Part shown: positions 22,905-32,874 of the stretch, one piece after another
Position numbering within the stretch: the first letter of the stretch is position 1
How the letters are laid out: every line of letters begins with the position of its first letter
NCBI GenBank assembly: GCA_032718475.1
Contig: JAUCBJ010002230.1
Coordinates: forward strand, 1-32,874
Length of the DNA stretch: 32,874 nt
From: Nemertoderma westbladi
Lineage: Eukaryota; Animalia; Xenacoelomorpha
Reading direction: 5' to 3'
Made by a program: the position numbers and the translations under genes
The notes under the pieces: generated by a model
The model's input: only the letters and a program-made list of their open reading frames with translations
Told to the model about the DNA's origin: nothing
Database searches by the model: none

Positions 22905-24597
22905 TTAAGTATCTATCGCGTTCAGAAAACTGATAAGGGCGCCTATCACGCCTCTGGAGGGTGCATTCACGTTACCCGGATGTTTGTAGGTACTACTAGA
23001 CGAGGGAGCAGTATGGAACGATTCGTGGAAACCTCCCCAATAGCGCGGTGGAACCATGCCGATGCCGGTATTATAGTCATGGTTCTGTATCACACGCTTC
23101 ATTGCGGGAGAGGTAGCCGCTGGTTGATGAGGAGAGTATCCTGACGCAGTAGGTTCAGAGTTTGGAGCTGGAGCTGATACTGGCGGACGTGTTGTAGGTG
23201 GGCGTTGCCAGGGCCCCGATTGGCCGTAGTTCGGGCGTTGCCAGGGCCCCGACAGACCGTATTGCGGCCGTTTCCAAGGCCCAGGTTGGCCGTAGCCCGG
23301 ACGTTGCCCAGGTCCCGCAATGGTTGCTGATACAGGTCTCACGATATTAATTATGTTTCTCACCAATAATCCAATATCTTTATGATGGATGTGTTTATCA
23401 TCATACAGATTTCTATGCGTTATATTAGAATGTTTTATAAACTTACAGTCGTTGTCCCTACACATGTCCTCGATCAATTGGTTAGCGAAATAAATTTCCT
23501 TATCCTTTCGACACAGTATAGCGGAAATTGATATACAACATGATGGCCACGCTTTATTTATCACTTTTACACCAGCCTGTAAGTTTTTACTCACAGATCG
23601 TGCAGATGATTTGTCTAAATCGTTTGTTCCTGTAAGTACAAATACGTTGTCTATATTTTTATGTATTGTAATTAATCGGGTTACCTTAGATTCAAACTCC
23701 TCTGCTGTACTACAAGGAACCATCTTTGCATCTCGACGTATCTTCCGGGGATATATATATTTTCGATTGCTATCCATAAAAAGAAGACAACGAATTGATT
23801 CATCTCCGGTTGTTTTGACCTGGTATGGTGGCGATTGTGGTGGCTCGTCTATATTGGGTCCTGTTTCGATATTTTCACCCATTGGCACCTTGATTTGAGT
23901 TTCCTGTACTTTAGCGTTACTGGTACTGGTAGCTTCTCCACCGATATTCTCAACTTCGACTGAAACAATTTCATCCTCGTCATCACAATTATATTGCGTA
24001 TCGTGTTTAGATTCTTGTTCAGAGAGGCGTTGCTTTTTGAGATCTACCACAATTTGTTCGAGTTTGCATATTCGGGTTTTATCGTTCTCTTGTTGTAAAC
24101 GAAGTACGTGTACTTCATCCTCTAAGGAGGTCAGTCGTGTTATTATATCTCGAAATTCACCCGATTGAACGGATAGGTTTCCACTCGATGGTGATGCAGT
24201 GCTGGGAACAAGCGGCTGCGATCCCAGGATACGGTATCATCTAAAATACTACTGGTGTTACCAATACGATCGATATACTCGTCATTCATATCCAAATTGA
24301 CAGTTAGGATTTTCTCTGATAATGTGGGGCAGGAAAGCAATGGTCTTTCGGTAGAGGGGGGGCCACTACTCGTGTTCAGTTCGCCAGGTATTCCTATTAC
24401 ATTTGGGTTCGAGTTTCTTCTAGTATTCTGCAATCTCTTTATCAGATCTGTCTTTGATCCACAAGTTTTTAGATTTAGACGCCCTAATTCTGTCTTGAGG
24501 TTTGTAATTGGCCAGGAGTAAAGGTCTTGTGGTTGCGTTTCCAGTAGAACCTATCGCAAGCACCACTATTATCGTCACGGGCACGATCGTTTGACAT
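22905..24597 (-). pseudogene. LINE ORF1: coiled coil + SGNH/GDSL esterase-like domain, frameshifted N-terminus
   Basis: SGNH blocks LLFMDSN, VLTGTNDL and YDDKHIH. The frame extends upstream of 24050 into IITRLTSLEDEVHVLRLQQENDKTRICKLEQIV (heptad-like). Further upstream pieces are in other frames; ATG at 24597 is tentative. Confidence 0.75.
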
Positions 24598-24742
24598 TGT
24601 GTGAGTACTTCCGGGATATTGGCGCCGAGCAGTCTGGCAGTCAGTAAGCAGTAATCAGTACAGTGCAGTGCAACACAGCAGTACATACACAAACCCAGCG
24701 GTAGGCTACGATAAGTAAATAAAGTGAATCATAAAACATCGA

Positions 24743-24963
24743 CATAATCGTGTGCTTTGGCAGCTTCATGGCGAATAAGCATGGTGGACAGCCCATGACT
24801 TTCTTGAGACGCATCTTATAGGACACTGGCCTTGAAGATGCGGATGATTTAGCAAATGTCATGGGTGATAGGGAGTTGTGGCTGCGCAATTTTGTTGACA
24901 AGCCGGTACAGCATTCTTGAAAATGCAGCTGCAATGCAGCATGCCGATCCTAGTAGTAGTAGT
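24743..24963 (+). mobile_element. RTE-like LINE remnant, right part with (TAG)n tail
   Basis: Continues ...EDLSVH|NRVLWQ... then GGQPMTFLRRIL*DTGLEDADDLANVMGDRELW, and ends in TAGTAGTAGTAGT. Confidence 0.7.
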
Positions 24964-25397
24964 GGACTCCAAATTGCACATGATGCATTAATATTAATGC
25001 AACATTACCAAACGATAGCTATAAAGCACCGCTTATGAAACTTTGACTGTTGTTAGAAAACATATTCAAAATATATTTTCGTATATCTCAACTTACTGTA
25101 TTTTAAAATGTTAATAAAATGTTAACATCAAAAACACTATCTAGGATAAATAACAAAGAGTCACTCTATATACTGTACGATACGAGACGAAAATCATGAC
25201 CTGAAAAAGTTTTCAATAAGGGTAAGGGTGGTAAACAGCGCTGCAAAGTGTTACTTTTTATCTTCACGAGGATTTCACCACAACGGTAATAATAAGTTGG
25301 CATAATGCAACAAAACAGTAATTCTATTGATTAATATGTTTACGTTAAATTACAAATTTATGATTTAACGCTTCTGACAATAATGACAGAATTTTTA

Positions 25398-25411
25398 GTG
25401 CCATCTAGCGG
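25398..25411 (-). promoter_or_regulatory. Solo CTCF-like motif CCGCTAGATGGCAC
   Basis: Close match to the CTCF core consensus, in sequence not repeated elsewhere in the window. Confidence 0.4.
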
Positions 25412-25443
25412 CGAGTTAGAAACTCAATATATTTCATTCACAG

Positions 25444-25719
25444 AGGTGATTGGTGGAAATGCTTGCCATTTAGAGCAGATCAATTTGCCCATTGCAGCAG
25501 TAAGTCAAGCTTCATCCTGTACTGACACTGTGAGTAATACCGGTATCACTTCTACTGTGTCTTCAGACAATGTTTCTTCGTATATTGGTGCCGAGAATAT
25601 TGACACCGTAGTAGTCAACGATCCAACTATGGCGAGCAGCGAGACTATATGTACTGTTATTATTGGTTGTCAATTGAGACCAGGCCATATTCAACCAACT
25701 ATTGATGCTGTTTTAGATG
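25444..25719 (+). CDS. Possible host-gene internal exon (276 bp, phase 1-1), unknown extracellular-type domain
   Basis: Acceptor TTTCATTCACAG| and donor G|GTAAGT flank an open 92-codon frame inside ORF 25383-25793. Confidence 0.45.
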
Positions 25720-26593
25720 GTAAGTTTAAGTTAGGTTGTTCCCATAATCCCATTCAGTCATTAACTGATTACAGGCAGACAGGATACGCCTAAAGCAGTA
25801 CAGCAATGTGAAAAACTAACCATAACTTAAAAATACTGGTACCAGACTGCCAGATCAGGTGCCAGGAAGGAACCAGGGTACTGATAAGTTGGTCTTAAAA
25901 CATAAAACCTGAAAACATGTCTCTCCTCTACTGCTCTAGTCAGCAAGTTCAGTACCGGTAGTTATACAATAGTTCAGTAGGCCTAGTCAGCTAACAGTTC
26001 AGTTTAGTACCGGGTACACCACGTACAACTAAGTCGAGTCGACCAGACAATATAGCCTACCGCTACCAAGTCTGCAGGTACAGCCATAGCATACACCATG
26101 TCAGCATGTCCTGGAATATATTGTCGTTATTCTGTTATTCAGGTACCGGCAGACCGGTACATGCCCCCCCCTGCCCCCCCCCCCCCCCCCCCAAAAAAAA
26201 AATTTCTACAAATCTTAATGAGATTGCATGGAATTTGAAACATCAATCTTTAGCTTCAACAAGTGTTTGAAAAATGTGTCTCCGATCTATCACAGGTCTC
26301 AGTGCAATCATTATTCAATCTTATATTCAGATATTTGTTGGTACCAACAGACCAATAGAAGGCTGTCAATTCAGATGCAAGGATTCAAAATATGTAAAAA
26401 TATTTGAATTTGGTTGGTAACTAGCTGAGATATCAGGATATGGCCATTCGAAAGTTTCATGTATTTCCTTCTCCTGCAGGCTGGCAGGCCATTTATTCTA
26501 TTTAATAAATGTACTGATGTAGGGCCTACCATATTCGGGAACAGTTTGTTTATCCTATACGTTGCTGGGCAACAATGCAATACCTCTTTAATT

Positions 26594-27575
26594 ACACGTT
26601 CGTGGGGACTTCGCGCAGCACGAGAGTGCATACGTACAAATTTTGGTTTAATTTAATCTGCAATTGCCCGACTTATTTCGGTTTTTATAAAAAGTCTGAA
26701 ACCACCGGTACCGACTGACCTATTTTTGACCAATCTTCAGATACTTTCCAAACTTTTAATGGACTGCATACGTACAAGTTTGGTTTAATTCATCATTTGA
26801 TTGAACGACTTATTTCAGTTTTTATCAAAAGTCTGAAACTACCGGTACCGAGTGTCCGACAGTCTTATTTTGATAAAAACTCAGATTATTTCTAAATTTC
26901 TAATAGACTGCATGATGTAATAAAAGTTGGTTTAATTCTAGTAATTGTTGTTGGCTTTAAAGAATTTAATATAAAAAACGTGCAAAATAAGTTTGCCAGA
27001 GATATGATTCGAACCAGCGCGAGAAGATCCCATTGGATGGCTAGTCCAACGCCTTATCCACTCAGCCAACACCGCTCGAGGTAACGAGCGGGCCAATGAA
27101 GGTATTAAAGTTTTATACTGCAATTTCGTAATCACTACTGATAAGTACAGCAGTAGGCCTACCGTACCGGTAGGCCTATGTCATTACTTCGGAGTCTCTA
27201 GCGGATCCCCAATTAAATGTCTTAACTTTTCAATTTCGTAAAAGATAGACTTCATGATTCTCTACAAGCAACCAAAATTTCAGCTCAGGAAAATGAGGCG
27301 TTCCCGAGAAATTTAACATTTTCTAAAAACCACATAATCTGTCGTAGCTGACGTCAGACTGCATGATTTTTCACCAAACTTTACAAACTTTCTAAACTTT
27401 CTCTCTACTACTTACCTACTAAGTTTGGTTCAATTCCGAACCAGCGATGCCGAGAAATTCGCGTTCAAACATTTACCAGACAGACGGACAGACAGACAGA
27501 CAGACAGACGGACATGCCCCATTTGCCCTATATGAACCGTATGCCAAGGCTCGCCGACTACGTGTCTCGCCCCAC
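26594..27575 (-). mobile_element. DINE-1/Helentron-associated-like element, second subfamily, with (GTCY)n microsatellite
   Basis: Same end motifs (GTGGGGCGAG... at 27575; ...CGTGCTGCGCGAAGTCCCCACGAACGTGT at 26594). CAGA/CGGA repeats at 27477-27514 and ~140-bp internal repeats at ~26626, 26766 and 26909. Confidence 0.7.
26994..27075 (-). pseudogene. tRNA-Ser-derived pseudogene
   Basis: GCGGTGTTGGCTGAGTGGATAAGGCGTTGGACTAGCCATCCAATGGGATCTTCTCGCGCTGGTTCGAATC... has an A box, anticodon stem TTGGA/TCCAA, long variable arm and B box GGTTCGAATC. The acceptor stem is broken. Confidence 0.75.
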
Positions 27576-27578
27576 ACC

Positions 27579-28457
27579 ATCTCCCATTATACAACAGAGT
27601 CCCCCCTCCCCCCAAATTTTTTTAAATTTCAATAAAATGCTTTGAAATTTGGTATGATGATAGATCGACACATTTTCTTACTGCTGGCCTGGCCGGATTT
27701 TTCAATTTCTCAGTTTTTTCCATACAACTAGCCCGTAAAAAATGTCTATTTATCAATGTTTAAGCACCTCCGTAGACTTTATTTTTCGTCTTTGGAGTGT
27801 AATCTGGATATCATTAGATACAACTGCCTTCATCTGCAGATTCCGAATCAGAAAACCGTTTTAAAATTAACCAAAAAGTGGCAAAGATATTATCAAAATA
27901 CTAATGTGCATATTTTGAGACATAAATTGCTATAATTATAATGTTTTTTTTGTCTTTATTCTAGAATATTAATTATTATTCAGCTGAGCGTAGTTTAAAA
28001 CTCTAGGTTTCTTCATTATGCGTAAATAATATTCTAGAATTGAGCAAAAATACGTTAGAATTCTATCGATTTACGTGTCAAAATGTATACCCCTACCTTT
28101 GAATTTTGATAATATCTCCGGAAGTTATTGGTGAAATTTAAAACTGTTATCTGATTCTTAATCTGCAGATGAAGGCGGTTCTAATGATATCTAGATTTCA
28201 TTAAATACGGAGGAGGTGTCTAAATATTGCGAAATTGACTATTTTTAACGGCTTGTTATATCGAAATATCTCATAAATCCGGCCAGGCCAGCAGTAAGAA
28301 AAATTGTGGAACTACCAGCATACCAAATTTCGTAGCATATGATTTAAATTTGAAAAAAATTAGGGCCCCCCCCCCCCCCTAATTTTTTTCAAATTAAAAT
28401 TCGGGGGGGGGGGGGGGGGCTCCGACCACCTAAAATGGTTGTTGTATTAAGGGAGAT
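27579..28457. mobile_element. Inner foldback (near-palindromic) element
   Basis: Inverted pairs TTCTTACTGCTGGCCTGGCCGGATTT/AAATCCGGCCAGGCCAGCAGTAAGAA, GCCTTCATCTGCAGATT/AATCTGCAGATGAAGGC, AGATATTATCAAAA/TTTTGATAATATCT and TTCTAGAATATT/AATATTCTAGAA. Confidence 0.8.
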
Positions 28458-29258
28458 ATATAGTATATACTATTACGTAGCTATTCATACATAAACAAAA
28501 TGTTCTAAAATATGGTATTTTTATTTAATAGAATAAAATAGCCTCGCGCAGATGCATAACCATGCAACATTTGAACTCTCATATCTCAGCTATTTTTCAA
28601 CGAAATTCCGATTATGTTACATATTTGGAATCCTTGCATTGCCAGCTTTCCACTAACCAACAAATCACTATAAGGTTGAAGAATAACTGGATTGTAAGTG
28701 TAACTGGTGAAATATCGCCGGAGACACCTTTTTTAAACGCTTGTAGCTAAAGAATGAAAGTAAAAATAAAAATTCTGGCTCTCCCACTCTCTCCCACTAA
28801 CTGACTAAGGAAGAGGGAGGTGAAACTATCTCTGTTTCGATTTCATGTAATCTCATTAAGATATGTAGACAAATTTGGGGGGGGGGGGGGGGGACATGTA
28901 CCTGAATAACGACACTATATTCCAGGACATGGTGTACAGCCATAGGCATAGCCTCGACAAATTCACTACAAACTCGTAAATTTAACAATAACAATTTAGT
29001 ATTCTGTATTGCATTTATTTGTAGGTCAGCCTACCCGAAACATGAGGCTGTACCGCTGCATTGCCGTTCCGATGAGACAATTACATCAAAATAATGCATA
29101 AAAACACAAAATGCATCAAAATTGATGCAGGGGTTCAAAGGTTATTAAGTCTAGACGAAGTGATATTTAGCGCCTTCTCGCCTCAGACCACGAAATTCCG
29201 GGACGATAGAACATGCCTCTTTAATTCATTCCATCCATAGAACAGAGATCACGACATT

Positions 29259-29363
29259 ACACCCATGGGTCAAGTCATTCCACCCATAGGTCAGGTCATT
29301 CCATCCATAGGTCAGGTCATTCCATCCATAGGTCAGGTCATTCCATCCATAGGTCAGGTCATT
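29259..29363. repeat. 21-bp minisatellite (CCATCCATAGGTCAGGTCATT) x~5
   Basis: Direct reading of the tandem units. Confidence 0.9.
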
Positions 29364-29848
29364 CTCTGAAAGTTTCGTCAAAATTGATGCAGTTGATCAA
29401 AAGTTTTTCTCTACTACATACATACACGAAGTGGGGCCTTCGCGCAGCACGTGACTTAAATTTAATTTAAGTACTAATTCGAAAGTATTACTGTATTAGG
29501 ATATTATTGGAATGTGGTGTGGAATGTTAGGAATGTATATGAATCAGCAGTCCGGTAGAGGTTTACATATTTAAAAGAACTGCCGAAATATAAGTTATAT
29601 GAGTATTATTTGTTATGATTTCTACCATTATATTCTTCCACGCAAAGTTCCTAGTCCTATAGGTCCAATCAAAACATTCTGTATATTGCCAATGGTTCAA
29701 CGTAATCAAAGAGACGACGCTAGACACGCACGCAGCCAATCCCAGTGAAAAATGCACGCAAATAAGTAGTCATAAGTGATAATTCTAGAAAGGCTTTTCT
29801 GCGAATGTAGGCTATTGTGTAATTCATTTCAGTACCGGTCTGCCTAAC

Positions 29849-30170
29849 TGTCTGCACCAGGTGTCTGCACCAGGTGTCTGCACCAGGTGTCTGCACCAGG
29901 TGTCTGCACCAGGTGTCTGCACCAGGTGTCTGCACCAGGTGTCTGCACCAGGTGTCTGCACCAGGTGTCTGCACCAGGTGTCTGCACAGGTGTCTGCACC
30001 AGGTGTCTGCACCAGGTGTCTGCACCCACCAGGTGTCTGCACCAGGTGTCTGCACCAGGTGTCTGCACCAGGTGTCTGCACCAGGTGTCTGCACCAGGTG
30101 TCTGCACCAGGTGTCTGCACCAGGTGTCTGCACCAGTTGTCTGCACCAGGTGTCTGCACCAGGTGTCTGC
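29849..30170. repeat. 13-bp minisatellite (TGTCTGCACCAGG) x~24-25
   Basis: Near-perfect tandem array with a few slipped units. Confidence 0.97.
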
Positions 30171-30311
30171 TTAACGTTTACACCCCAATTCCGCTTGGTT
30201 TATATCTTGATTATCAATAAAATAGTAACGTGAAATATTTATGGAGCGTATATTTGAGAATGTTGAAATAATGCGTTTAGTAGTGTGACCAGCGTCTTGA
30301 ATTTCCGCTTA

Positions 30312-31084
30312 CCTCTAGCGGCAGACTGGAGAAATGCAGATCGACCACCTTCCTCAGAAAGACGCAGCATGTGCTCTAGTACATATGCCAATATTCACTT
30401 TAAATAAATTAATATCAAGGAATTGGGGACAGTTATACATTTCGCCCTCTAGCGGCAGACTGGAGGACTCCAGACCGTTTACTGCCCACCAAAGACTCAG
30501 GCCGACTTCTACTACATATCTGCTACGTTTCAGCTTGAACGGATCATAAATAACGAGATGGGAGAAAGATTTCACTTTCAAACATTTCGCCCTCTAGCGG
30601 CAGACTGAAGAACTGCACACGGATTAGCCTTCAATTCAATTCAATTCAATTCCTTCTTTCAAAGTCACAGCTAATGGTCTAGTACATATCTGCCAAATTT
30701 CAGCATAAATGGATTAAAAGCAAAGAAATGGGAGGACATTTAACGTTTAGACATGTGGCCCTCTAGCAGGAGACTATTGCTCTGATGGTGTCTGAAAGTC
30801 TCTCAAACGTCTCAACTTTAGCTCATATTGATACCTACAAATTTTCAACTTGGCAGCTTTAAATCCGACAAAGTTATTAGCATGTCAAAATCGTAACGAC
30901 GACAACGATTTCACTTTCAGACCTTTGGCCCTCTAGCGGCAGACTGGAGAACTGCAGATGGATTCGCCTCCTTTGAAAGTCACAGCTAATGGTCTAATAC
31001 ATATCTGCCAAGTTTCAGCTTAAACGGATTAAAAGCAAAGAAATGGGAGGGCATTTAATGTTTAGACATGTGGCCCTCTAGCGG
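30312..31084 (-). promoter_or_regulatory. Array of 6 CTCF-like motifs (GCCCTCTAGCGG on + strand)
   Basis: Sites at ~30312, 30444, 30589, 30758, 30928 and 31073; two are slightly variant. Confidence 0.55.
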
Positions 31085-31429
31085 GAGACCATTGCACTGA
31101 TGGTGTCTGAAAGTCTCTCAAAAATCTCAACTTTTGCTCATATTGATACCTACAAATTTTCAACTTGGCAGCTTTAAATCCGACAAAGTTATTAGCATGT
31201 CAAAATCGTAACGACGACGACGACGACGACGACAGACGACGACGACGACGACGACGACAACGACGACGACGACGACGACAACTATTTGCATAAATTGACC
31301 CACCCCCTAACAGTGTCAATTCGCTAAGGCTCCGCCAACTTCGTGGCTCGCCCCACATACGGTACCTTATTTCAAAATATTTACTTAGCGGTTGATAAGA
31401 TATTGCAGTATTGAGCTAAACATTGAGCC

Positions 31430-31524
31430 AGATAGACAGACGGACGGACAGATAGATCACGCACTTTATGGTCTATATAGATAAACTGTATGGTAAGGCT
31501 CGCTTACTTCGTGGCTCGCCCCAC
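31430..31524 (-). mobile_element. 5' end fragment of another DINE-1-like element
   Basis: AAGGCTCGCTTACTTCGTGGCTCGCCCCAC plus a GACA/GACG microsatellite. Confidence 0.6.
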
Positions 31525-31669
31525 CCCCACAGTTTACATACACCTTACTTGTTCACTCATATACTCGTATATTATATTTCCTGGAAGTAAAATAAATATT
31601 AGGTATTCTATTTTATAATGCCATATATAAATGTAAACTGTACATCATTTTCGCACTGGTACCGTCTGT

Positions 31670-31931
31670 GTGGGGCGAGCCACGCATTAAAGGCGAGCCT
31701 TAGCGCACAATTATAATTAGTAAATAGAGCACACTTTCATGTCCGCCTGTCTGTCCGTCTGTAATGATTTTAATCGTCTGTAATGATAGTAATTTTAACC
31801 ATTTTCAACCAAATTTTGTATGGGCATACTAGAGAAAAAGTTCCAATATTTTTGAAAGTTACAAGTTATCAAATCGAACTTGTTTCGAACTTGGTCAAGT
31901 TCGCGTGCTGCGCGACGCCCCACGAACGTGT
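31670..31931 (+). mobile_element. Short (~260 bp) complete DINE-1-like element
   Basis: GTGGGGCGAGCCACG...GTCCGCCTGTCTGTCCGTCTGT...CGTGCTGCGCGACGCCCCACGAACGTGT. Confidence 0.7.
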
Positions 31932-32146
31932 TGTATATATAATTGTTGTTTTCCAGGTATTAAACGTTGTAGCATTCCCAACTTCGATTTGGTACTAAGT
32001 AAACTCATTCATACAGAGCCGATTCAAGATGATTGTGGTGAGTATTTTAGAAGCAGCCGATTCACTTTATAATTCTGTTATATTAAATATATGCCAGTAA
32101 ACCAGTAACATAAACTTTTTGAAGTAAAGCTTGAGTGACGTTGAAC

Positions 32147-32874
32147 CAGGGCCGCCTTAAGGCCTAGGCTTACAAGGCTTTAGCCTAGGGGCCCGGCCAG
32201 GAAATGGGCCCGCAAATTTTTGTAAGTTTTATATATAGACTACTGTCATTAAAAAAAACTTTCTTCATCCAGACAATATCAAATGGTGTACATTGGGATC
32301 AGTATTTCTGCCCATTTGTTTCTATAATTCTACGTACAGTACTGTTTCTGATATTTTTTCAATGTTGTAAATTAATTTCGTTTTTTTACATGTTTTTAAC
32401 CTGGGTGAAAGCAGTGGCGTGGCCAAGGGAGGGGGGGGGATTCACGGATTGATTTCCCCCAACCCCCCCCCCCCCCCCCCCCCCCCTTATTGTCAAGAAA
32501 ACCTGACCACAGCCCCTCAATAAATACATACATACTATATATAAAGTATCCATTCAATCGTTAAAAACTCAAAACATTTTTCGCTCGCGAATGGCTTGCA
32601 TCCTTCACATCTTTCAATCTCCCCCTTCCCAGAATCCTGGCTACGCCACTATGTGAAAATTGATCTAACAAAACTAATTGATAAATTTGCACAAATTAAG
32701 TGTAGAAAAAAAACAATTTCAAATATAAAATTTAGTTTGTAGTTAAGATTGAGGAGTAAAGTTGTTAGTCAATTTTTGAGGTTTTTTTTCAATTGAATCA
32801 CACAGGGTGGGGGGGTTGGGGGGGGGGTTGGCCCGGTTACAATATTAGCCTAGGGGCCCATGAAATGTTAAGGC
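32147..32874. mobile_element. hAT-like MITE (right terminus cut by window edge)
   Basis: Left TIR CAGGGCCGCCTTAA; the window ends TTAAGGC, the start of its reverse complement. TAGCCTAGGGGCCC is present near both ends. Confidence 0.6.
32412..32651. mobile_element. Nested hAT-like MITE
   Basis: TIRs CAGTGGCGTGGCCA / TGGCTACGCCACTA. The flanking 8-mers GGTGAAAG / TGTGAAAA are consistent with a decayed 8-bp TSD. Confidence 0.65.

Larger units (their letters stand above)
17031..24742 (-). mobile_element. Apparently full-length CR1/L2-group LINE (ORF1 esterase, 2A-like motif, APE, RT, poly(A) tail), degenerate
   Basis: Poly(A) tail appears as T18 at 17032-17049. ORF order is ORF1 then ORF2. The interrupted RTE reading frame resumes at ~24743, which defines the 5' boundary. 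Confidence 0.85.
26094..28934. mobile_element. Foldback/MITE-like element with long diverged inverted arms (~26094-26510 / ~28520-28934), carrying nested insertions
   Basis: Inverted pairs CACCATGTC/GACATGGTG, ATGTCCTGGAATATA/TATATTCCAGGACAT, ATCTTAATGAGATT/AATCTCATTAAGAT, ATGCAAGGATTC/GAATCCTTGCAT and TAGCTGAGATAT/ATATCTCAGCTA. Confidence 0.75.
29424..31356 (-). mobile_element. Inverted relative of the 19728-21106 element, with extra internal sequence
   Basis: ~30920-31356 is nearly the reverse complement of 19838-20270. A matching 3' end ACACGAAGTGGGGCCTTCGCGCAGCACGTGA lies at 29424. That both ends belong to one insertion is inferred. Confidence 0.7.

Noticed and set aside
26994-27075. Functional Ala-anticodon/Ser-body mistranslating tRNA
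   Set aside because: The acceptor stem and T-stem are disrupted, so it is best read as a pseudogene.
29720-30233. Six overlapping repetitive ORFs (QTPGADTWCRHLV / SAPGVCTRCLHQV)
   Set aside because: Artefact of a stop-free 13-bp minisatellite.

Overview
Eukaryotic (animal, probably invertebrate) repeat-rich DNA, almost entirely nested transposons; there are no prokaryotic operons, CRISPR arrays or rRNA. (1) 1-16662: two diverged copies of a Bel/Pao-derived element on the - strand. Each encodes one long Gag-protease ORF (coiled coil, Pao capsid region, triple zinc knuckle, DSG protease) with RT and integrase core deleted in frame; the left copy appears inserted into the 3' region of the right one. 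(2) These abut an old RTE-like LINE remnant (16663-17030 and 24743-24963), which is split by an apparently full-length CR1/L2-group LINE (- strand, about 17031-24742) with an SGNH-esterase ORF1, a 2A-like GDIHPNPGP motif, APE and RT. (3) That LINE's ORF2 is interrupted by a 1.38-kb DINE-1/Helentron-like non-autonomous element whose ~146-bp internal repeats each carry a CTCF-like motif; an inverted relative lies at 29424-31356. (4) 25-33 kb holds one possible host exon, nested foldback elements, a tRNA-Ser-derived sequence, minisatellites and hAT-like MITEs. All family calls come from motif recognition by eye, not database searches.
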